Shown here in pieces: positions 20,580 through 30,374 of a DNA stretch of 64,000 bases. The notes below the pieces were generated by a model that was not told the DNA's origin, did not search any database, and worked only from the letters and a program-made list of their open reading frames with translations. A program made the translations under genes and the position numbers. The stretch comes from Nitrososphaeraceae archaeon (lineage in GTDB: Archaea > Thermoproteota > Nitrososphaeria > Nitrososphaerales > Nitrososphaeraceae), in assembly GCA_044870765.1 (NCBI GenBank), contig JBIOZG010000017.1:1-64000 (forward strand). Direction: 5' to 3'. How positions within the stretch are numbered: the first letter of the stretch is position 1; every line of letters starts with the position of its first letter.

Positions 20580-22700
20580 TTATTGATTCGGTATTATTAT
20601 ATTGGAAAAATTGGTAGATCCGCAGCTTTTACAAACTCCGGACGACATAGAAATCTTGGTGCCGCACGAGCTACAAATTTTGTTTCTATATATTGGTCTG
20701 AAGAAATTAAAACCGTAAGATTTGTTAATAGACTCTATCAATTCGTTATCTTCCAGATCACTAGTATCAACATTGATAGAAACTCCACCATTCAGTAATC
20801 CGTCTATTGAGTTAGTTGATTCTATTATAGGACCGCTATTTGCAAGTAAATCTCGCCCGTTTATAAGAAGACCCTGTGAATAAGACTTTATCATCATTTT
20901 ATCACCAGCTTGTCGATACATGTTCCCATATTTTTCAGAGTCTAAAGAAGCTAGTCTAGTACTACTGTCATCTGTAATCATAGCAATTCTTATAGAATCA
21001 TCTCCAACTTGTTTCCCTTGATCTGAAGCAACCTCAACAGCCGTATGTAATACCTTTTGAATTATTTCTTCTCCGTCAACTTCATGTCCTAGTATATTAT
21101 AAACCGACTCCCTAACTCCAGTCAGGTTAATTACCAGATTCATCCTGCTTAATTGCATCATGTGAGTAATGTTGGCCATTACAGGAAGCATTTCTCTTCG
21201 AATCATTTCCAGTATAGAGTTCTTTCTTGCCAAAAGAGCTGAAATAGCTGGCTTTATCATCAATGCTAATCTGGCTCTAAAATAGGTCTCATCTTTATTT
21301 GACTGATAAGCTAGTCTTGGCAGATTTATTGCCAAGGACTGCAAGCTTACAATCGAACTAGCTTTCTCGTCAGCCGCATTTTTTACAATCCCCATGTGGC
21401 TTCTGAAGTTCTTGGATGCGGACAGAATTCCACCATTTTTGACGATACTTGGTATCAGATCCGAATTTGTCCCTAGAGACTCGTCCTTACCAACAAGAGA
21501 TAACGCAATAGTTGGGATAGGCGTGTGGTCCAAATATTTCATATAGGCCGCCAAAATAGATCTGGTTATAGAGCTTTCATCAAGATAGATAGGAAAAGTA
21601 ACTACTGGAAAACCCGAAGACGAAAATGATCTTGAAATGGATGATGATATAAATACCCTAGAAAATGCAGCCTCTATTGACTCACTACTCTCCTGAATCC
21701 TCTTTGAAATGCTAGAAACAAAATTATCAAGTATTATCTCCCTTGAAGTTTCTCTACTTAAGACCGAAATTAATACAGGTAGAACCTCTGTAATGTCATC
21801 AAGAGTCCGAATTGGTTTCAATCTTGAAACATTCAAGTATTTTCCTTTAAAGTCTAGACCATTTTCAACGATATTGCGAGTATCGATAAATACGGTGTCA
21901 GGCACCAAGTTCCAAAGCCCGGTGTTTGAAATATTTAGTTCGCCGGCAAGATGCATATCAGTGATATCCTTAGGTAACACGTTGAACAGCAGATTTTCGG
22001 AAAAAACTGCAAGAGATGTTTCTGATAAAATTCCTTCCACTCCATTTTTGCTATATAAAGGATTGTTAAACATTTCAGAGATATCAGAGCCCGGAAGACC
22101 TAGTCTAGCTAGTTTTGATCTGAATTCCTCATAGCCGTGCTCAATTAATATTGAATTAACAGTCTCTCTAATAAGAGAGGAAGTTAGATAGACCGTTTGG
22201 AATTTGTAAACTTTGTTTTCCACTTCTTCAGTAATCTTATGTGCCTGTTCAAGAGGCATATTGGCCTCCCTGACCAATGATTGAGTTATTCTATTTGAAT
22301 TAAATTCCTCGATTGAATGTCTAGAAGTTCGCACGTACATTTTGCCGCTTTCAATGATGGATCTTTCTTCAATTTGTCTTGCCAGACTTAAGACAAGTTT
22401 TCCGAGATTGGTAATCGTATATCTCCTTTCCGCCTTATTTAATGCGACAAGAGACTGCCTCAAGAGCTTCCTTAAATGGTAAGCAAATTTACCTGATTCC
22501 TTTTTAGATTTGAAACCAGCTAACGACTTTAATTCAGAATAAGTTAAAGGTCCTTTTGAATTTAAAATTCGAAGTATATCGATTCTGTTAGGACTCGCCA
22601 TAACAGAGAAGATCATTCTAACTCTTTTTGCTGCTTGTAAAATGCCACTAGGCTTAGTTTCAGTTTGAGTTATTAGATCATGGCTTGCCTCTATCTCCAT
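20580..22700 (-). CDS. ArsR-like wHTH + ATP-cone + degenerate anaerobic RNR (NrdD-like) fusion
   Basis: MASPNRIDILRIL...YHLRKL (HTH); VRTSRHSIEEFNSNRI...IRETV (ATP cone); AINLPRLA and a C-terminal CxxC/CxxC ribbon as in NrdD; no glycyl-radical RxxGY motif. Confidence 0.85.
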   Translation of the reverse strand: MEIEASHDLITQTETKPSGILQAAKRVRMIFSVMASPNRIDILRILNSKGPLTYSELKSLAGFKSKKESGKFAYHLRKLLRQSLVALNKAERRYTITNLGKLVLSLARQIEERSIIESGKMYVRTSRHSIEEFNSNRITQSLVREANMPLEQAHKITEEVENKVYKFQTVYLTSSLIRETVNSILIEHGYEEFRSKLARLGLPGSDISEMFNNPLYSKNGVEGILSETSLAVFSENLLFNVLPKDITDMHLAGELNISNTGLWNLVPDTVFIDTRNIVENGLDFKGKYLNVSRLKPIRTLDDITEVLPVLISVLSRETSREIILDNFVSSISKRIQESSESIEAAFSRVFISSSISRSFSSSGFPVVTFPIYLDESSITRSILAAYMKYLDHTPIPTIALSLVGKDESLGTNSDLIPSIVKNGGILSASKNFRSHMGIVKNAADEKASSIVSLQSLAINLPRLAYQSNKDETYFRARLALMIKPAISALLARKNSILEMIRREMLPVMANITHMMQLSRMNLVINLTGVRESVYNILGHEVDGEEIIQKVLHTAVEVASDQGKQVGDDSIRIAMITDDSSTRLASLDSEKYGNMYRQAGDKMMIKSYSQGLLINGRDLLANSGPIIESTNSIDGLLNGGVSINVDTSDLEDNELIESINKSYGFNFFRPIYRNKICSSCGTKISMSSGVCKSCGSTNFSNIIIPNQ

Positions 22701-22710
22701 CTCACCCGAT

Positions 22711-22726
22711 ATTATCTTGAGATAAT
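22711..22726. promoter_or_regulatory. Palindrome just upstream of the HTH-NrdD-like gene
   Basis: ATTATCT-TG-AGATAAT, between the start codon (22700) and a TTTAAA box. Confidence 0.5.
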
Positions 22727-22815
22727 TTAAAATTGGGTCGTAAATAGTTATTGACTAACAGTACAAAACAATTAACCCACTAAACAATATACCAACTTAT
22801 GTTAGAAAATCAAAT

Positions 22816-23418
22816 TTAGATCATAACTTCATTTTCCTCTAATAGGGATTCTAATTCATTCCTATTTTTCAACACATTAATTGTAGCAGGTATGTCGGGT
22901 AGCTTTTGTCTAGTCTCTTCTTCAACACTCTCTTCAACTTCTCCTAAAATCCTTAGCGCCTCCTCGTCTACGGGCATAGATATTTTAAGCTCGGGATTGA
23001 CATTGAAATTCAAAATTTCAGATGAAGCGTTTGTAACATCGTTTAACACCTCATGCGCAGTGGGGATCACCATTGAAATATCTCTCTCGATATCTTTTAT
23101 CAAATCTATAGTTGGATTTATCGTATCCATGATAATTGCAAATTCACCTATTATTGTAGATCGGAGAGCTACGACCTCAAGGGTCATTACCATATTTTTT
23201 GTAGTGTGTTGGATTCTATGTATATTTACAAGCTCATTAGCTAATGCCTTGGCGCGAACATTATTACCAACTTTAATGTTTTGTACAATTTGTTTTCTAA
23301 AGTGAGTATCCATAATGTCAAATTTCTTTGAGAGCTTGTTTAATTTTGTAATCTGATTACTAATAACTTGAGCAGCACTAGACAGATCATTCTGAAGCTG
23401 TGTATTATGCTGCATCAA
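22816..23418 (-). CDS. cdvB: ESCRT-III/Snf7-like CdvB paralogue
   Basis: Helical core RAKALANELVNI...TLEVVALR...DEEALRILGE...KLPDIP typical of archaeal CdvB paralogues. Confidence 0.75.
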   Translation of the reverse strand: MMQHNTQLQNDLSSAAQVISNQITKLNKLSKKFDIMDTHFRKQIVQNIKVGNNVRAKALANELVNIHRIQHTTKNMVMTLEVVALRSTIIGEFAIIMDTINPTIDLIKDIERDISMVIPTAHEVLNDVTNASSEILNFNVNPELKISMPVDEEALRILGEVEESVEEETRQKLPDIPATINVLKNRNELESLLEENEVMI

Positions 23419-23559
23419 TAAAAATAATGTTTTGCATGAATGTAAGAATAATTGTCAGTGTCTGTCAACAAAGAAGTAACATAAAGCTAATCTAAATGAT
23501 TTCTAGTATATTTCGAAACCTTCTGGGGCTAAAGAAAATATGGACTTAATAATATGCAG

Positions 23560-23946
23560 TTAGTCTGCTTGTTTTTCTAATGTAAGGCCATGTTTGGCAT
23601 CATATCCTTTTACGCTGACCGTTGAGCCTATCGGCAAATCAGATGGTATTTTAATTCCTGGCAGAAAGCCTGAAGCTGAAAATGGAGCATCCTTCAGCTT
23701 GAAGACTACCCAGGCATATGAGTTGACATCCTCAAAACCCTCGGGAGCTACTGACTGAATCGTATGAGTCACTACTGTGCCAATGCCCGGAAATTCAACA
23801 AATTCAAAATCACTTTTGGAGCACCCACTGCAGTAATACATTGTCTCAAGCATAACTTTACCACAGTTCTTGCATTTATTGGCGAGAATATTTCCATTCT
23901 TTGCTGTCTCAATGAATCTCTCATGTGTACTGGAATTTTTATCCAT
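23560..23946 (-). CDS. DUF35 Zn-ribbon/OB-fold protein (thiolase partner)
   Basis: CKNCG...CSGC, GTVVTHT; downstream of thiolase. Confidence 0.9.
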   Translation of the reverse strand: MDKNSSTHERFIETAKNGNILANKCKNCGKVMLETMYYCSGCSKSDFEFVEFPGIGTVVTHTIQSVAPEGFEDVNSYAWVVFKLKDAPFSASGFLPGIKIPSDLPIGSTVSVKGYDAKHGLTLEKQAD

Positions 23947-23961
23947 TCTATTTCACCAAAA

Positions 23962-25119
23962 TTACACTTTTTGAAAGATATGAACTGCTGCACTTGCTCC
24001 AGTAGCACCAAAGTTATGGGTCAAGGCTATCTCAGCATTTTCTACAGTTCTTTCTCCAGCTGCTCCTGTGAATTGTTCGAAAACTTCGACAACTTGTCCG
24101 ACGCCAGTCGCGCCAATTGGATGACCTTTGGATTTTAGTCCCCCTGACGGATTAATTGGGATCTCACCGTTACGTCTAGTTATTCCTTCCTTTGCAGCAA
24201 TGCCACCAGTACCCTTTTTAAAAAATCCCAAATCTTCAATATCAATAATTTCTGCAATGGTAAAGCAATCATGAACCTCTGCAAAATCAATGTCTTTAGG
24301 AGTCACTCCTGCCATCTTGTATGCTTGGTTTGCAGCAATTAGCGTACTTGGTATTGTCGTGATATCCTCCCTCGATTGTACTGCAGCAGGCGAACCACCT
24401 CTTCCTGAACCAATTACTTTTACGTAATTGTTACCATTCTTTTTTGCAAAGTCTTCACTGCACAAGATGACAGCGGAGGCACCATCAGAAAATGGACAGC
24501 AATCGTATACCTTTAGGGGTGATGCTACAACTGGCGAGTTCAAAACATCATCTACTGTGATTCTTTTTCTAATGTGTGCCTTTGGATTTAGCAATCCATT
24601 TTCATGATTTTTAACTGCGACATGTGCCAAGTCCGCTTCTGTCGCTTTGTATTTCGTTAGGTAAGCTCGGGCAATAGACGCAAACAAACCCGGGAAGGAA
24701 GCACCATTTCCCCCTTCATAAAAAAAGTCCGAACAATATGAAAAGAGTGTGGTACTAAGAGCAGTTCCAGTATGAGTTACCTTTTCTACACCAACGGCCA
24801 ACACACAATCGTAAAAGCCGGCAGCGACGTTTGCGTAGGCCTCTCTAAACATCACAGACCCTGAACCGCAAGCAGATTCAATTGTTAGCCCTGGGATGTG
24901 AGGAATTCCAAGGTTGCTCATCAATACAGGCGCCATATGTACTTGTTTGTCCGCAACTCCAAACACATTAGAGATATAGCCTGCCTGGATATCTTTTGGT
25001 GTAATTCCAGCTGAATCAATCGCGCCTTTTGCCGCATCTAGTCCCAACTCAATGACGCTTTGACTTAGTTTACCATATTTCGTACTGCCAGCCCCAAGAA
25101 CGCATACACTATTTACCAT
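23962..25119 (-). CDS. Acetyl-CoA acetyltransferase (archaeal thiolase)
   Basis: ESACGSG, CCPFSDGA, AEVHDCF, NPSGGLKSKGHPIGATG. Confidence 0.93.
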   Translation of the reverse strand: MVNSVCVLGAGSTKYGKLSQSVIELGLDAAKGAIDSAGITPKDIQAGYISNVFGVADKQVHMAPVLMSNLGIPHIPGLTIESACGSGSVMFREAYANVAAGFYDCVLAVGVEKVTHTGTALSTTLFSYCSDFFYEGGNGASFPGLFASIARAYLTKYKATEADLAHVAVKNHENGLLNPKAHIRKRITVDDVLNSPVVASPLKVYDCCPFSDGASAVILCSEDFAKKNGNNYVKVIGSGRGGSPAAVQSREDITTIPSTLIAANQAYKMAGVTPKDIDFAEVHDCFTIAEIIDIEDLGFFKKGTGGIAAKEGITRRNGEIPINPSGGLKSKGHPIGATGVGQVVEVFEQFTGAAGERTVENAEIALTHNFGATGASAAVHIFQKV

Positions 25120-25196
25120 TTATATAAAAAATATTACTTTGAGAATATAAAAATGTTCGAGAAAACCCAAAGATCCGAAAAACAGAATGAGCAACA

Positions 25197-27416
25197 TTGT
25201 ACTACAACCCGTATCTTTTAGTATTTTTGAGGACCCAAAATCTAAATTATAATGACTCCAAAGTATTTTTGAAATTGCCAGGAGAATTTCAATTAGAGCC
25301 CGGACAGTATCAAGTAGTAATTTGCGAAAAACCCCTTGCAGCAAAGAGAATATCTGAAGTCCTAGGATCTAAAAAATTGACAAAGAGAGAACCCGCGCCT
25401 GGTGTAGTTATTTTTGACGTTATTTCAGATGATGATCAACGCTATATCGTTTGCTCTGCACTAGGACATTTATATAGCATATTTCCAGTAGAAAAAAATC
25501 GAAAAAAGTATCCAATATACGATGTTAAATGGTCCCCACGATATTCAAAAATTGTAAGAGAGAAGGAAAGGATTTCTCAAACCTTGCAAATTATATCAAA
25601 TATTTCACATGGCGCTTCTGGATTTATTCATGCCTGTGACTATGATCTTGAGGGAGAATTAATTGGGTACAATATTCTTCAATTAGCTTGTGACAATAAG
25701 TATGAAGTTTCAAAAAGGGCCAAATTTTCATCTCTTACCGATTCTGAATTAACCAAATCATTTAGGAATTTACAACTTACCAATATAAGAAATGCTAATG
25801 CAGGAAAAGCTAGACATCTAGTCGATTTTATTTTTGGAATAAATCTGTCTAGGGCACTTGCTACTAGCCTCAACGTTACCAATCACTATAACAAGTATTA
25901 TAACTTGACCATTGGAAGAGTCCAAGGGCCTACCCTGAGATTTGTAGTAGATAGAGAGATAAAAATTAGTGGGCATTTGCCCGATCCTATGTGGTACATT
26001 ACAGGAAAATTTGAGAAAGATGGTTCTTTCTTCAAAGCTAATTTGATTTCTGTAATTCATAATTCATCTGACACAGAGAAAATTCTATCTGCTTGCAAAA
26101 GTCAGAGGGGTACTATTGACAATATTGTAAAATTTGATAAAATCATTAGTCCCCCAACGCCATTTAATGTTAGTAATCTACAAAAAGAAGCTTATCGAAT
26201 TTTCAAAATGTCGCCTGCCACGACCCTTTCGATAGCAGAATCACTTTACCTAGCTGCGTTAATTTCATACCCCCGTACTTCAAGTCAAATACTTCCTCCT
26301 TCGATAGGATACAAACAGATACTAGAACGGTTAAAAATGAATTATTTTCAGACGAATGAAAATATTGTAAATGACATATTGAAAAGAGAATATTTGGCTC
26401 CCTATCAGGGTAAGGAAGAAGATCCTGCCCATCCAGCTATTTATCCTACCGGTGTAAAACAAAAGAAACTTAGCATCCTCCAACGAAAAATCTTAGATCT
26501 CATTATAAAGAGATTCTTATCTACCTTTGGAAACAGTGCTTTAACAAAATACAGCGAAGTGACGATAAATGTAAATGGATATTATTTTCTAGCTAAGGCT
26601 AAGGGTATCTTGAATGAGGGTTGGATTCCTCTTTATGAACCTTATTTTAGTATCAATGAATCGAATTTGCCGGAACTTAAAATAAGTGAGCCTATAAAGG
26701 TAAATGAAATCAAAGCATCAGAAGATTATACGAGACCTCCTGCCAGATATAACCAGGCAAGCCTTTTGGATAAAATGGAATCCGAAGGAATTGGAACAAA
26801 ATCTACCCGAGCTGCAATAATAAATTTATTAATAAAACGCAAATACATCTTTCAAGACAAGAACGGAATAGAACCGACGGAATTGGGGTTTACTATACTC
26901 AATACGATGAAAAAATTTGTTTCTGAGATTATTTCGACTAAATTGACCAGCTCCCTCGAGTCCAGCATTAAAAAAATACAGGAAGGAGATCTTGAAATTG
27001 GTGACGTTCGTGTTTACTTAGAAAAAGTATTGTCGAATCCCATAAATGAGTTTAAATTGAATGAATCTACGATTGGGGATGAAATAAAGAATGTATTGAC
27101 TAGTTTTGAAAATAAAGTGTCAGTTGGAAAATGCCCGAAATGTCAAAAAGGCGAAATGATCCTTATCAGGTCATCTAAAACCAAAAAACGATTCTTAGCC
27201 TGTTCCCAATATAGAGTAACTGGCTGTAATGCAATGGCGGCGGTCCCCCAAAAGGGTCTGATTAAAAAGGATGGCACTTGCCATTGTGGATGGCCGATCT
27301 TGCGCATTATGTTTGCAAGAAAAAAGTTGTGGACAACATGTGTGAATAGAATTTGTTCAACAAACAGACATAATATTGCTCATCATTATGACTCGGAATC
27401 AAATGCTCTGATATAA
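25197..27416 (+). CDS. topA: DNA topoisomerase type IA
   Basis: Toprim CEKP...ACDYDLEGE, GRVQGPTL, catalytic ISYPRT, GIGTKSTR, C-terminal Zn ribbons; real start probably somewhat downstream. Confidence 0.93.
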   Translation: MYYNPYLLVFLRTQNLNYNDSKVFLKLPGEFQLEPGQYQVVICEKPLAAKRISEVLGSKKLTKREPAPGVVIFDVISDDDQRYIVCSALGHLYSIFPVEKNRKKYPIYDVKWSPRYSKIVREKERISQTLQIISNISHGASGFIHACDYDLEGELIGYNILQLACDNKYEVSKRAKFSSLTDSELTKSFRNLQLTNIRNANAGKARHLVDFIFGINLSRALATSLNVTNHYNKYYNLTIGRVQGPTLRFVVDREIKISGHLPDPMWYITGKFEKDGSFFKANLISVIHNSSDTEKILSACKSQRGTIDNIVKFDKIISPPTPFNVSNLQKEAYRIFKMSPATTLSIAESLYLAALISYPRTSSQILPPSIGYKQILERLKMNYFQTNENIVNDILKREYLAPYQGKEEDPAHPAIYPTGVKQKKLSILQRKILDLIIKRFLSTFGNSALTKYSEVTINVNGYYFLAKAKGILNEGWIPLYEPYFSINESNLPELKISEPIKVNEIKASEDYTRPPARYNQASLLDKMESEGIGTKSTRAAIINLLIKRKYIFQDKNGIEPTELGFTILNTMKKFVSEIISTKLTSSLESSIKKIQEGDLEIGDVRVYLEKVLSNPINEFKLNESTIGDEIKNVLTSFENKVSVGKCPKCQKGEMILIRSSKTKKRFLACSQYRVTGCNAMAAVPQKGLIKKDGTCHCGWPILRIMFARKKLWTTCVNRICSTNRHNIAHHYDSESNALI

Positions 27417-28240
27417 TTTTTGTAGACATCCGTTCTTCTATTCTCCAAGACTGGAAGTGTTCTCCTTACGGTATCTATTCTAGAGTTATCTATATCCAAA
27501 ATTTCCATCCCTTCTCTATTTCTCATGTCAATGAGGGTCGCACCAAATGGTTCAATCACCATGCTGTGACCGCAATAAATATTACCAAGTTGATTTGGTG
27601 CAATCACATAAACGCCATTTTCTATCGCTCTTGATTTTAACATAATTTCCCAGTGTTCCTGTTTCATAAATCCATCTACCCAAGCAGAGGGGGATACGAG
27701 AATGTTAGCGCCGTTAACAGTGAGTATTCTGGAAATTTCTGGAAACCTCATATCATAACATATTTGCAATCCAAGATTGCCTACAGATGTTCGAGTTGGT
27801 TTCTCAATAATATTGCCGGCTAATAGCTTCTTAGATTCTTTGAATCCTAACGCATCGTAAAGATGAATCTTCCTATAAACGGATTGTATTTTTCCGCGCT
27901 CATTGATGATTACAGCTGTATCAAAAACCTTTTGATTCTGTTTATTGGTATTGATAATTTCATATATTGTTGCTACCACATTTATCTTATTTTTTTTGGC
28001 GGAATTTGACAGCGCTGATATGAAGTCGCCATTTATTTTTTCGGCAATCTCATGTAATGTTTCTGGTTTTTGTTCTTCTGGAGAATAAGCCATCTGAAAC
28101 TCTGGAAAGCAAATTAATTGGGCCTTTTTCTGTGCAGCTCTACCTATTAATTTTAAAGAATAAGACAAATTTTTATTCTTATCAACTGACGATTTCATTT
28201 GAACTAATGCAGCTCTAAATTTTTTCTTCACCCAGTTCAC
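27386..28240 (-). CDS. Carbon-nitrogen hydrolase (nitrilase/Nit family)
   Basis: Triad motifs FPE, YRKIHL, ICYDMRFPE; RAIENG. Confidence 0.92.
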   Translation of the reverse strand: MNWVKKKFRAALVQMKSSVDKNKNLSYSLKLIGRAAQKKAQLICFPEFQMAYSPEEQKPETLHEIAEKINGDFISALSNSAKKNKINVVATIYEIINTNKQNQKVFDTAVIINERGKIQSVYRKIHLYDALGFKESKKLLAGNIIEKPTRTSVGNLGLQICYDMRFPEISRILTVNGANILVSPSAWVDGFMKQEHWEIMLKSRAIENGVYVIAPNQLGNIYCGHSMVIEPFGATLIDMRNREGMEILDIDNSRIDTVRRTLPVLENRRTDVYKNYIRAFDSES

Positions 28241-28293
28241 CTTAAGAATATTATAAACCTCTATCTAACGCAAGTCTTAATAACAAAAACCAT

Positions 28294-28503
28294 TCAATCC
28301 CTCTCAGCAGAATATGCTTGTTTCTTCTGTGAATAACCTCTTTCTTCCAGAAAATCCCAATTCTTACCACATATGACGCAGGTAATTCGATTTTCATTAT
28401 TCATTAATTCCAGCTCATAATGGCTACATCTAATTTGATATTCTTTTTTCATCGAATCCATTTCCCTCAATGTGTTTATGTGCCTCACAGAGTTTTCCGT
28501 CAT
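28294..28503 (-). CDS. Small Zn-ribbon-like hypothetical protein
   Basis: CSH...CVICGKNW. Confidence 0.5.
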   Translation of the reverse strand: MTENSVRHINTLREMDSMKKEYQIRCSHYELELMNNENRITCVICGKNWDFLEERGYSQKKQAYSAERD

Positions 28504-28764
28504 GTAATGAAATACCCAACTTGGTTACTTTTATCTTTCTTTTCATCTCCCCACCTCTCAGATAATTGCAATTCTAGCACTAAACAAAACCATTTGATAC
28601 AAGAAAAGTTGAGTAAATTTGATAAGCACCAATATCAGATAATAGATTATGAAAAAGTGTCCAATATGCGGTTGTACACAGCACAAACTATTTGGTTGTG
28701 GAAGACATTGGCTAAATCACAAAAAAAATAGTGATGGACGTTGTCAAGAAAAGTGAATTTTGAA

Positions 28765-29364
28765 TTATTTTATTTCGTACAATGCTATAGATAATTTCAA
28801 TGCCATAGTATCGTCTGTTTTTTCTGCGAGAGGCAGTATGTATTTCTGCGTTTCTTCCTTATATCGTAGTGCCTTTTCCTTCTTCCTGTTATTCTTCAAA
28901 AATCGGGCGTTGTCTAAACGATCGGCAATTTTTATGAATCGAGGCATTTTTGGACCTTTTGAAATGTTATCAAAATAATTGACAAGTAATTTTTCTCTGT
29001 TTTCTTCATTTGTTTTCGGTTCAGTCAAGCTCCTAATGGTGTCGTAAACACTTTCTCCAAAATTCAATTTCAATTCTTCAACAATTTCATTGACGTCCTT
29101 ACCTTTGTCAATGGCATCGTGTAGAATAGCTGCACAAATTGTATCTACGTCTCTAACCTTTAGTTCATCAGATAATATTAATGCCACCTTCATGGCGTGA
29201 TTGATGTAGGGCTCCTGACTTTCATTTCTGAATAGTCCTGAATACACATTAGCAGCGAAACCAAAAGCCTTAGTAATCTTCACAACATCATTAAGGTCTT
29301 CTCCAAATGGTTGAATTAACTTGGTAAAAGCTATTTTCGTAAAATTATTCAAATTCCATTGCAT
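28765..29364 (-). CDS. HD-domain protein, RelA/SpoT hydrolase (MESH1/SAH)-like
   Basis: EPYINH..KVA, AAILHD, IKIADRLDN, ETQKYILPLA. Confidence 0.85.
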   Translation of the reverse strand: MQWNLNNFTKIAFTKLIQPFGEDLNDVVKITKAFGFAANVYSGLFRNESQEPYINHAMKVALILSDELKVRDVDTICAAILHDAIDKGKDVNEIVEELKLNFGESVYDTIRSLTEPKTNEENREKLLVNYFDNISKGPKMPRFIKIADRLDNARFLKNNRKKEKALRYKEETQKYILPLAEKTDDTMALKLSIALYEIK

Positions 29365-29418
29365 ACTTATTCACTTACCTAATCAATTAATTATTTTTAA
29401 ATAGTTTCTCAAATACTA

Positions 29419-29829
29419 ATGAGTAAACATATTCAATCTTATTCTTCTATCGATAATACAATTGACAAGATGACCGATATTGAAATGAATGAAACGGAGT
29501 GGTACTTCAGAGATTTCATGTTTAGAAATTATAATACAGGAGTATTGCAATTTGATATAGAACATATCGCTGGCAACATGGTTAAAACTTATCTCAGGTA
29601 TAGAAATGCAGAACCAGGGCATATTGCTTCAATCTTAAAAGTAGTACTGGAAAATCTAATATCATGTAAATTCCTAGAACGGCGAGATAAATTCGTAAGA
29701 ATAAGAGATGGTATATCGCGCCTGCAATGTCGTAATTGCTATTACACTTGTTATCTTGGAAATTTGGAAGAAAGGCTCTGTTTAAGGTGTAAAAGTAATG
29801 AATTACGTACGTTCCCTAAAAAAAGTTGA
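29419..29829 (+). CDS. Hypothetical protein with C-terminal Zn ribbon
   Basis: CRNC...CLRC; possible wHTH N-terminus. Confidence 0.7.
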   Translation: MSKHIQSYSSIDNTIDKMTDIEMNETEWYFRDFMFRNYNTGVLQFDIEHIAGNMVKTYLRYRNAEPGHIASILKVVLENLISCKFLERRDKFVRIRDGISRLQCRNCYYTCYLGNLEERLCLRCKSNELRTFPKKS

Positions 29830-29958
29830 TTTATAATAACCGTGGTCGGTTGTTTGAAATCATAATAAGGAAACTAAAATGATATTAGCGTTTGTAAACC
29901 CTGAACGTATTATTGAAACTCATATATAGAACTTTAAGAAACATTCCTAGTTGAAAAA

Positions 29959-30372
29959 ATGTCTGCATTAACTATAAGGAAGTTTTATGAAGAAATACTT
30001 CAATTCGTAGGAAAAAAAGTTTCTATAGAGACCTCCTATGACAAGAACTATAATGGAACGTTAAGTGCTGTCGATGAAAGATTGGACACTGTTCTTGAAA
30101 ATGTAGAAGGTCAGGGAATATTGAGAATTGTCATAAATGGATCATTTGTCAAAGAAATAAAGCTCTTGGAAAAACCTTTTGATCTTAAGGGTCTTGCAGA
30201 TCGCCTGTCAAGAGTATTTCCGGGGTTAGTAAAAATCAGGGAGGATGTGAACGCAATAATAGTGATGGATAAGATCAAAGTAACTGAACATGGGATAGAG
30301 GAAGGTACGGGTTTGGCTGCTGACAGGGTTAAATCAATTTATGAAGAATTCATGAGGGAGTTCAAGAAGTAA
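29959..30372 (+). CDS. Sm-like (Lsm, SmAP3-type) RNA-binding protein
   Basis: Sm fold (GKKVSIE...YNGTL..VD...VLEN, INGSFV) plus a C-terminal Lsm_C-like domain; upstream of tgtA. Confidence 0.88.
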   Translation: MSALTIRKFYEEILQFVGKKVSIETSYDKNYNGTLSAVDERLDTVLENVEGQGILRIVINGSFVKEIKLLEKPFDLKGLADRLSRVFPGLVKIREDVNAIIVMDKIKVTEHGIEEGTGLAADRVKSIYEEFMREFKK

Positions 30373-30374
30373 AT

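Noticed and set aside
20580-22700. Annotation as a functional anaerobic RNR (nrdD)
   Set aside because: Glycyl-radical motif and catalytic cysteines are not visible, and there is no activase in the window
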